Assembly (NCBI GenBank): GCA_048213135.1
Contig: PS015009.1
Span: 1,612,001-1,676,000 of the forward strand
DNA length: 64,000 nucleotides
DNA from: Reclinomonas americana ATCC 50394
Taxonomy: Eukaryota
Direction of reading: 5' to 3'
Made by a program: the position numbers and the translations under genes. Positions 56,749 to 64,000 of the stretch are shown here, one piece after another. How positions within the stretch are numbered: the first letter of the stretch is position 1; the number at the start of each line of letters is the position of its first letter. The notes beneath the pieces were generated by a model that saw only the letters and a list, made by a program, of their open reading frames with translations, had not been told where the DNA came from and did no database searches.

Positions 56749-57126
56749 ATGAAATGCAATGCTCTCACACCTATGCTGGAAACCCGCGACATGGCAGGCA
56801 CCATCCACTTTTACAAAGAGATACTGGGCTTTGAAATAACCGGCAGCTTTGAAGTAGGAGGCAAAACGGTATGGTGTGAATTCCGCAGAGATAACGCGGT
56901 TCTTGCGTACAGCCTGCCCAATGCTGTCATTAATTATCCTGCATTGATGCTCAGCGGCAGCCTTTACATTAATGTGGAATCGGTGGATGAATTCTGGGCA
57001 GTGCTGAAAGACAAGTGTGAGATCGTTTATGGTATTGAAAACTTTAAATATGGTATGAGGGAATTTGCCATTAAGGATAACAACGGATATGTCATTAATT
57101 TCGGGGAAGAGTTACCCTGGGAATAA
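56749..57126 (+). CDS. VOC/glyoxalase family protein
   Basis: 'FYKEILGF', 'YGMREFAIKDNNGY'. Confidence 0.88.
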   Translation: MKCNALTPMLETRDMAGTIHFYKEILGFEITGSFEVGGKTVWCEFRRDNAVLAYSLPNAVINYPALMLSGSLYINVESVDEFWAVLKDKCEIVYGIENFKYGMREFAIKDNNGYVINFGEELPWE

Positions 57127-57152
57127 AAATACCGGCCATTGACCGGTATTTT
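57126..57152. terminator. Bidirectional terminator
   Basis: AAAATACCGG-CCATTGA-CCGGTATTTT. Confidence 0.75.
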
Positions 57153-57161
57153 CTGCATTAT

Positions 57162-57473
57162 TTAATTCCTGTCACGCCTGTTGTGTTTTTTACGGTAGAT
57201 CGTTCTGCTGGCCTGCCGTTGCTCTTTACGGATGTCTTTCTTTTCTGATGCAGTTACTACGCCATCTGCTTTTGCCTGCCTCACTTCCTGGCGTACATCA
57301 CGTTCTTTTTTGGCGATGGTGCGGCCTTCGGAACGGGTGATCTCCCCGCTTTTAACGCCCTGTTTAATGCGCTGGTGCTGGTTACGGGCAGATTGCCTGA
57401 TCTGTGCGGATGCTTCGTTACCGATACCGAGACTGATAATAAGAATGGCTGTGGCCAACAATTTCGCTTTCAT
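57162..57473 (-). CDS. Small basic secreted protein with repeated helix-G-x-[IV]-T motifs
   Basis: Signal peptide; 'RIKQGVKSGEITRSE', 'KADGVVTASE'. Confidence 0.8.
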   Translation of the reverse strand: MKAKLLATAILIISLGIGNEASAQIRQSARNQHQRIKQGVKSGEITRSEGRTIAKKERDVRQEVRQAKADGVVTASEKKDIRKEQRQASRTIYRKKHNRRDRN

Positions 57474-57593
57474 AATCCTGTTTTTAATAAAGGTGATGAT
57501 CAATATAAGTTATGAAGCATAGACCGCGATAAGTGAAGGAGGTTTAAAATGGAAAGGAAATTTTGTATTGCGATGGCACAAAAAAGATCTTTG

Positions 57594-58122
57594 TCACCGG
57601 GGTCTCGTTCCGAAGACCCCGGTGGAACATGCCTTTGCGCAAACTCTGCGTTCTCTCGTTCTTTGCGGTAAAAAACATCCGCCGCAGTCAGATCAAAAAA
57701 ATCCCTCACCAGGGTCTCATTCCGAAGACCCCGTGGGAACATGCTTTGCGGTTATCTTTTCACAGAGGTCACAGAGCGTTTTCACAGAGACTCACGGAGA
57801 AGACCCCGTCGGAACGAGAGATTCCTCCTTTCGTCGGAATGACATTCCTTTGCGCAAACTCTGCGTTCTCTCGTTCTTTGCGGTAAAACCATTCGCCGCA
57901 GGCGGATCAAAAAAATCCCTCACCGGGGTCTCGTTCCGAAGACCCCGTTGGAACATGCTTTGCGGTTATCTTTTCACAGAGGTCACAGAGCGTTTTCACA
58001 GAGACTCACGGAGAAGACCCCGTCGGAACGAGAGATTCCTCCTTTCGTCGGAATGACATTCCTTTGCGTAAACTCTGCGTTCTCTCGTTCTTTGCGGTAA
58101 AAAACATCCGCCGCAGGCGGAT
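57594..58122. repeat. Mosaic tandem repeat, ~214-bp period, about 2.4 copies
   Basis: CCTTTGCG(C/T)AAACTCTGCGTTCTCTCGTTCTTTGCGGTAAAA at 57632, 57847 and 58061. Confidence 0.9.
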
Positions 58123-58133
58123 ACTTCAACAGA

Positions 58134-58706
58134 TCAGATATTGAAACTCTTCCTGTGCAGAGGACAAAGCCCGTATTCTTCAATAGCTTTACGGTGAGCA
58201 GCCGTTCCATACCCTTTATTCTTGTTCCATCCGTAATTAGGGTATGCCTGGTGACACTGCATCATATATTCATCGCGATGGGTTTTAGCAAGTATGCTGG
58301 CAGCCGCAATGGAAGCATATTTTCCATCACCTTTTACAATACATTGATGAGGAATGTCGCGGTAGGGGGTAAAACGATTGCCGTCAATAAGCAACAATTG
58401 GGGTGTAACGGCAAGCAAATCCAGTGAAAGATGCATGGCGGCAAAACTGGCCTTGAGAATATTGATGCGATCGATCTCTTCATTATCAATAAGGGCAACG
58501 GCATAAGTGATACTTTCTTCTTCAATAACTGCCCGCAATTCGTTACGGTGTTTTTCACTCAGCTGTTTGCTGTCATTCAGTAACGGGTGATAGAAATTCT
58601 TGGGAAGTATCACCGCCGCGGCAAACACAGGCCCGGCATAGCAACCCCGCCCGGCCTCATCAAGCCCGGCCTCCACCAGTTCGCGATCATAAAAAGATGC
58701 CAGCAT
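58134..58706 (-). CDS. rnhB: Ribonuclease HII
   Basis: 'AGLDEAGRG', 'LNDSKQL', 'LIDGN', 'SIAAASILAK', 'NKGYGT'. Confidence 0.96.
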   Translation of the reverse strand: MLASFYDRELVEAGLDEAGRGCYAGPVFAAAVILPKNFYHPLLNDSKQLSEKHRNELRAVIEEESITYAVALIDNEEIDRINILKASFAAMHLSLDLLAVTPQLLLIDGNRFTPYRDIPHQCIVKGDGKYASIAAASILAKTHRDEYMMQCHQAYPNYGWNKNKGYGTAAHRKAIEEYGLCPLHRKSFNI

Positions 58707-58767
58707 TTCGCAACAAATATCCGGCAAAACAAGTGTTGCATACTAACTTTGCAGCAATTTATTTCTT

Positions 58768-59700
58768 ATGAGATCAGCCAGGAACTTTGCAGCGGCCACT
58801 TTTATATTGTGCTTTTTAGTCATTATCGCCGGAGGTGTAGTGCGTACCACGCAAAGCGGCATGGGTTGCCCCGACTGGCCCCGCTGCTTCGGCAAATGGA
58901 TACCACCCACCAATGCATCGGAACTGCCGCCTGATTTTGAAAAATACCTGAGCAAACAGGATATCGACCATACATTCAATGTCTACCATACCTGGATAGA
59001 ATATTTCAACCGCCTGCTGGGCGCCCTGCTGGGTGTATTCGCCATCATACAGGTTGCATTGCTCTACCGCAAACGCCGGCACTTCCAGCGGTCTTACAGG
59101 CTGGCACTTGCTTTCCTCGTCCTTGTGGTATTGACCGGCTTGTTTGGCGCCATCGTGGTTAAACTCAACCTGGCGCATATGAGTATTTCGGTGCACCTGT
59201 TGTTTGCCATCGCCCTGCTGCAAATACAACTGGCCTTATTGTTATCGGTACAATTGAAACTTTTTTCCATTCCCGCAGCGGCATCAATACGCAAATGGGT
59301 GGGCTTTTTCCTTGTTATATTAATTCTGCAAAGTATATGGGGCACCATGGTCCGTATGTATGTGGATGATGTTTCCAAAATGCTGCAATACGAACAACGG
59401 GACACCTGGCTGGCCGACAGTCCCGTAGCCTTCCTTATTCACCGCAGCTTTTCGTGGGTGGTATTGCTGGCATCTTTGTTCCTGGCCTGGCAGGCAAAGG
59501 GAATGGCTATGATCCGGTCCAAAGTATTCGTATTGACGGGTATCATCCTGCTCAGTATGACCACGGGTATCATATTATTTTATGCGGATATGCCGGCGGT
59601 AGCACAACCCCTGCACTTGTTGCTGGCTTCATTGGCCATTACGCAAACGGTCAATATATTATTGCAGACTACCAATAAAGGAGGAGCTGCCAGTACTTAA
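58768..59700 (+). CDS. ctaA: Heme A synthase (COX15/CtaA family)
   Basis: 'GGVVRTTQSGMGCPDWPRC', 'IEYFNR', conserved His residues; TAACTTTG promoter at 58744. Confidence 0.88.
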   Translation: MRSARNFAAATFILCFLVIIAGGVVRTTQSGMGCPDWPRCFGKWIPPTNASELPPDFEKYLSKQDIDHTFNVYHTWIEYFNRLLGALLGVFAIIQVALLYRKRRHFQRSYRLALAFLVLVVLTGLFGAIVVKLNLAHMSISVHLLFAIALLQIQLALLLSVQLKLFSIPAAASIRKWVGFFLVILILQSIWGTMVRMYVDDVSKMLQYEQRDTWLADSPVAFLIHRSFSWVVLLASLFLAWQAKGMAMIRSKVFVLTGIILLSMTTGIILFYADMPAVAQPLHLLLASLAITQTVNILLQTTNKGGAAST

Positions 59701-59758
59701 AGCAGCACAGGAAGCGGAAGGCCTGTCTTTTTGTTGTACATTTACGTAACGCTGTTGT

Positions 59759-61984
59759 ATGCAACGATTGAAAGACATCTTCTACGCTTTCCCGGTTCAG
59801 CTTTTTATTCTCCATTTCCGGAAATACCAGGTGCTGCTGGTGTTTTGGGCTATCCTGGCAAGTACCATCAACAGCGGTTTCATGAAAACATTCGGGGCCG
59901 ACGCACTTTTTTTCGCGCCGGAATACCTGGGTTCCGTTAACGGGCTGGGCGCTCTTATTGTAGGCGCAGCGCTTGGTGTGTTCTTCATGAGCTGGAACAT
60001 CACCACTTTCATCCTGCACAGTAAACGCTGCAAGTTTCTCGCCACCACCAACCAGCCTTTCCTGAAATACTGTATCAATAATGCCCTGCTGCCTTTATGC
60101 CTCCTCACATTTTATTTCTGCAGGTTATTTCCTTTCGACAGGCACAAAGAACTGATGACGGATGGAGAAATTCTGGTGGTGATTGGTTGTATACTGGCGG
60201 GTATGTTCTTCCTGCTGGCGATCTCGTTCATTTATTTTTTCGGGGCGGAAAAAAGGATACGCCGCACCATCATTCCCATACTGGGTACGGTTACGGAATA
60301 TACAGGCGAAGCGAAAACCGTAGCACAGGCACAGCAGATGAAATACGGTATGAAAGTGAGTTACTTTCTTTCGCACAAATTCAGATTCCGGAAAGTAAGG
60401 GATGTATCGCATTACAGCCAGGACTTCCTCGATCTCATTTTCAAGCGGCACCATATTTCAGGTATCCTCAGTATTATGCTGGCATTCATTTCGCTGATTG
60501 TCATCGGGTTTTTTATGGATGATGCTTTTTTCCAGGTGCCGGCCGCGGCAAGTATACTCATCTTCTTCGCGGTAATGACGGCCGTGATAGGTGCCCTCAC
60601 CTATTTCCTGCAAAGCTGGAGCCTGCCTTTTGTGATCGTACTTTTCATTTTTATCAACGCCCTTTACCGCAACGAGATCATCGACCCCAGGAATAAAGCC
60701 TACGGATTGAATTATACCAATATCGAAGAACGGCCGGATTACAGCAAAGAATCAATACAACGGCTATGCATACCCGAAAAGCAGCAAGCTGACAAAGCCA
60801 ATATGCTGCAACTGCTGAACAACTGGAAAAAGAAGCAGAAAGAAGAAAAGCCGGTGATGGTATTCATTAACGTAAGCGGTGGCGGATTGCGCAGCGGTGC
60901 TTTTACCATGAACACGCTTCAGCAGCTCGACAGCATCACGCAGGGGGGACTGATGCGTCACACGGTACTCATCAGCGGCGCCAGTGGTGGCATGCTGGCG
61001 GCTACGTATTACCGCGAACTGTACCGCTTGCAGCAAAAGGGGAAACCCATCAACCTGCATGATCCGCGGTACAGCGAGAATATTACCCAGGACCTGCTCA
61101 ACCCGTTGTTCTCTTCCATGATCGCGAGGGATCTGTTCGCGCCGGCACAAAAATTTTCCGTAAACGGAAGGTACTATGTAAAGGACAGGGGCTATGGATT
61201 TGAACAGAAACTGAATGAGAATACCGGTCATATATTAGATAACTCCATCAGCGATTATGTGCAGGACGAAAAGAACGCCCTCATTCCCCTGATGATCTTC
61301 AACTCTACCATCAACCGTGATGGAAGAAAAATGATGCTGTGTTCACAACCGCTGAGTTTTATGATGAAGCCGGTGCTGTACGCGAAGGACAGCGTGGCCA
61401 GTCCTGACGCGATCGACTTCGCTGCCATGTTCGCCCGCCAGGACCCGCTGAACATCCGCCTGCTCACGGCCATGCGTATGAACGCTACCTTCCCTTATGT
61501 GCTGCCCAATGTGTGGCTGCCCAGCGACCCGGTTATAGATGTGATGGACGCGGGGCTGAGGGACAATTTCGGGCAGGAGACCAGCTTACGTTTCATTACC
61601 AATTTTTCTGACTGGATACGGGATAATACCGGCGGTGTTATTATTGTGCAGCTACGCGACAGGCAACGCGACAACTGGCAACAGCCTTTTGAAACGGCCG
61701 GTGTTACCGACATCATCATCAAACCCGCCACCATGCTGCAGCACAACTGGTACAAGTTGCAGGACTATTCCGAAACCGACCAGTACAGTTACCTGCATGA
61801 TCGAATGGACTCCATGATACACAGGATAACTTTTGTTTATACCCCGCAGAAAGAAGACCAGGGTGCGGCACTCAATTTTCACCTGACCGCAAGTGAAAAA
61901 ATAGATGTGAAAGCCTCGTTCAATAATACCTACAACCAGGAAATGCTGGCCAGGCTATTGAAACAACTGGGGCTGGGTAAATGA
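59759..61984 (+). CDS. Membrane protein with patatin-like phospholipase domain
   Basis: N-terminal TM helices; 'SGGGLRS', 'GASGG', 'DAG'. Confidence 0.85.
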   Translation: MQRLKDIFYAFPVQLFILHFRKYQVLLVFWAILASTINSGFMKTFGADALFFAPEYLGSVNGLGALIVGAALGVFFMSWNITTFILHSKRCKFLATTNQPFLKYCINNALLPLCLLTFYFCRLFPFDRHKELMTDGEILVVIGCILAGMFFLLAISFIYFFGAEKRIRRTIIPILGTVTEYTGEAKTVAQAQQMKYGMKVSYFLSHKFRFRKVRDVSHYSQDFLDLIFKRHHISGILSIMLAFISLIVIGFFMDDAFFQVPAAASILIFFAVMTAVIGALTYFLQSWSLPFVIVLFIFINALYRNEIIDPRNKAYGLNYTNIEERPDYSKESIQRLCIPEKQQADKANMLQLLNNWKKKQKEEKPVMVFINVSGGGLRSGAFTMNTLQQLDSITQGGLMRHTVLISGASGGMLAATYYRELYRLQQKGKPINLHDPRYSENITQDLLNPLFSSMIARDLFAPAQKFSVNGRYYVKDRGYGFEQKLNENTGHILDNSISDYVQDEKNALIPLMIFNSTINRDGRKMMLCSQPLSFMMKPVLYAKDSVASPDAIDFAAMFARQDPLNIRLLTAMRMNATFPYVLPNVWLPSDPVIDVMDAGLRDNFGQETSLRFITNFSDWIRDNTGGVIIVQLRDRQRDNWQQPFETAGVTDIIIKPATMLQHNWYKLQDYSETDQYSYLHDRMDSMIHRITFVYTPQKEDQGAALNFHLTASEKIDVKASFNNTYNQEMLARLLKQLGLGK

Positions 61985-62887
61985 TCAGGCAGGCATCAGC
62001 AACCGGAATGCTTTTTCCAGGATCTGTATCTCAAAATGTTCCGCTGTAACTGCCGGGTCGCCATCGATATGAAGCGGCGCCAGCCCGGGGTTGTGAATGT
62101 GCAGTGTTTTTGTCTGGAAATAACCGACGTCTGTTTTGTGAAATTTCTTATCCTCGTAGGGACGTACCTGGCCGTTATAGATCTGTTTCAGTACAATGTA
62201 CAGCATGCGGGCCTTACTCATCTTATTCACGATAACAATATCGAGTAAACCATCGCTGAGGCTGGCCCGGGGCGCAATGGTAAAATTATTGCCGAACTGG
62301 TTGCTGTTGGCGATGCTGATGAAAAAAGCGTCTGTTTTCAGATCGTTGTCATCAACAGATAAAGTAAAGGGATAGGGCTTTGCCCTGAAGAAGTTGCGGG
62401 CGGATTGTTTGACATAAGTAAGCAACCCTCTTTTTTTCTGCTTCGCGAAGTCGTGCGCCACCTGCGCATCAAAACCAAGTCCGCACAGCATGCAGCTGAA
62501 ACGTTTATTGATGTAGAAACCGTCAACCGGGGCGCTGTGTCCGTCAAAGATCACATCCAGTGCTTTTTTAGCGGCTTTCGGAATTTTAGCGGCCAGAGCC
62601 AGTCCGTTGCCGCTGCCCATGGGAATGATGCCGATGTTAACTGGAATAGTAAGCAGTGCATTGGCAACCTGGTTTACGGTGCCGTCGCCGCCGCAAACGA
62701 TCACGTCGGTGATCTTTTCTTCTTCTATTTTTTGCCGGAGAAAACCGTACTCGCCCTGGGGGTTGGTGTGCATTATCTCGAAAGGGATTTGCCGGGCGGT
62801 AGTTTGTTGTTGTATCATCTCCAGCACCTGGGTTTTGTTCCTGGTACCGGAGATGGGATTGATAAAGTAAATGAATCGTCTTGTCAT
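61985..62887 (-). CDS. Diacylglycerol kinase family lipid kinase (YegS/BmrU)
   Basis: 'INPISG', 'GGDGTVNQV', 'PMGSGNGLA', 'HIDGD'. Confidence 0.93.
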   Translation of the reverse strand: MTRRFIYFINPISGTRNKTQVLEMIQQQTTARQIPFEIMHTNPQGEYGFLRQKIEEEKITDVIVCGGDGTVNQVANALLTIPVNIGIIPMGSGNGLALAAKIPKAAKKALDVIFDGHSAPVDGFYINKRFSCMLCGLGFDAQVAHDFAKQKKRGLLTYVKQSARNFFRAKPYPFTLSVDDNDLKTDAFFISIANSNQFGNNFTIAPRASLSDGLLDIVIVNKMSKARMLYIVLKQIYNGQVRPYEDKKFHKTDVGYFQTKTLHIHNPGLAPLHIDGDPAVTAEHFEIQILEKAFRLLMPA

Positions 62888-62890
62888 ATT

Positions 62891-63328
62891 TTATTGCCTC
62901 CAGAGAGAGCCGATATAATGAACCGACGGCTTCTCTTTGCTCAGGGTATTACCCGGCGTAAGATGCAAATATAACTTCACCGGTTTTCCGGAGATCAGGC
63001 TTTTGAATACTTTTTTATCGGTAAGGATGAACTGGCCTTCGGCGCCAAGGGTTTCATCAACGATAAAGATCTGCTCATCTTTACTGTTCTTTACTTCCAC
63101 TTTACGGAGGTAGCCTTTTTTGAAGCCTTTACCGCTCAGTTGAATGGACAGGCGGTCAACGCTTTTATAGTCTTTCTTTTTATAACCGAGACCGGCGCTG
63201 TCTTTATCATTTTTCATGATGTACTGGCCCGATTTAACGCCATTGATGAACACGTCTACAGTGATCTGGGATTTTGCAGCAAAGGCAAAACCAATAAGGA
63301 TTGCTGCGAATAATAATTTCAATTTCAT
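62891..63328 (-). CDS. Secreted hypothetical protein
   Basis: Signal peptide MKLKLLFAAILIGFAFAAKS. Confidence 0.75.
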   Translation of the reverse strand: MKLKLLFAAILIGFAFAAKSQITVDVFINGVKSGQYIMKNDKDSAGLGYKKKDYKSVDRLSIQLSGKGFKKGYLRKVEVKNSKDEQIFIVDETLGAEGQFILTDKKVFKSLISGKPVKLYLHLTPGNTLSKEKPSVHYIGSLWRQ

Positions 63329-63540
63329 GGTAATGTTTTTATGTAATGAAAGTTTGGGCGGCAAAGATATAGAAAAGATTTACTTTATATGATACTACTA
63401 AGTGGTAATATTTACATCAAACCCTTGTAAACTGTGGTTTGTATGTTAAAATTTTTACTGATAAATATTTAATTGCAGATAAAGCAGAACTTTAAAAAGT
63501 ATACCCGGTCATTCATTTTAGCCACCTGTTAAACCTTATT

Positions 63541-64000
63541 ATGTCAAAACTAGCCACAGCCGTGTTATGGATCAGTCTCCTATTCACGGCCTGCAACTCG
63601 CCACGCCCCCATCCTGAAGCGGCCCCGGAAACACCGGCAGCCCTGCAGGAAAATAAAAGTTATGAAATAGGTATCAGCAAACGCGGCGGGCACGACCTGG
63701 TAGAAGAACTGTATGATGAACTGCTGAAAAAAGACCAGGAGCTGCAACGGCTGGAAGATATGATAGCCATGCTGGATGAACAGAAGACAGACTCTTTAGC
63801 AGCCTTCCGGGATTACGACAATAAAGTACAATCCTATTACCGTTCCGCCGGAATGCACCTTGGCAATATCAATGATTCTGCCTTACGCATGGAAATAAAA
63901 TCACTGATCGGTAACAGCGAGTCTGCCTATCAGAATAAAATAAGCAGGCACAGCCGGTTGATCGAACTGATCCATGCGAAAGACAGCAGTCTTGCTGACC
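63541..64000 (+). CDS. Hypothetical lipoprotein, runs off the right edge of the window
   Basis: MSKLATAVLWISLLFTAC lipobox; open to the end of the window. Confidence 0.75.
   Translation, partial: MSKLATAVLWISLLFTACNSPRPHPEAAPETPAALQENKSYEIGISKRGGHDLVEELYDELLKKDQELQRLEDMIAMLDEQKTDSLAAFRDYDNKVQSYYRSAGMHLGNINDSALRMEIKSLIGNSESAYQNKISRHSRLIELIHAKDSSLAD

Noticed and set aside
57563-58210. ORFs of 75-162 aa and a possible CRISPR in the 57.6-58.1 kb region
   Set aside because: The ORFs are read-through of the mosaic repeat, and there is no repeat-spacer structure.

Overview
This 64-kb window is chromosomal DNA from a Bacteroidota bacterium, most likely Chitinophagaceae-like. The evidence is TAnnTTTG promoters, an alternative complex III (ACIII) operon and a T9SS-type substrate. 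Most of it is housekeeping: a TonB-dependent receptor (cut off at the left edge), purN, a complete actABCDEF plus aa3-type cytochrome c oxidase cluster (4.0-20.4 kb), trmB, mqo, marR-acyl-CoA dehydrogenase, amidase, korB, asd, oligopeptidase B, S8 protease, rnhB and ctaA. The most unusual segment is about 25.0-30.7 kb. (1) It holds a ~172-nt tRNA-like RNA gene with a GUC anticodon-like loop and a ~100-nt structured variable arm. The gene has its own promoter and boxA-like leader, lies divergent from an AsnC/Lrp regulator, and is followed by a ~129-bp tandem array that copies its 3' end and terminator. (2) It holds a four-gene signalling cassette (PCPxxC-tailed protein, membrane protein, His kinase, NarL regulator) followed by a candidate sRNA. 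(3) It holds a putative Cys enzyme followed by a free-standing copy of its own N-terminal domain. Other finds are a likely leader-peptide attenuator (MMKK...) upstream of asd, a secreted gene pair resembling pore-forming toxins, and several palindromic or mosaic repeat families. No CRISPR array, integrase or transposase was seen. All calls come from reading the sequence and ORF track; no database searches were run.
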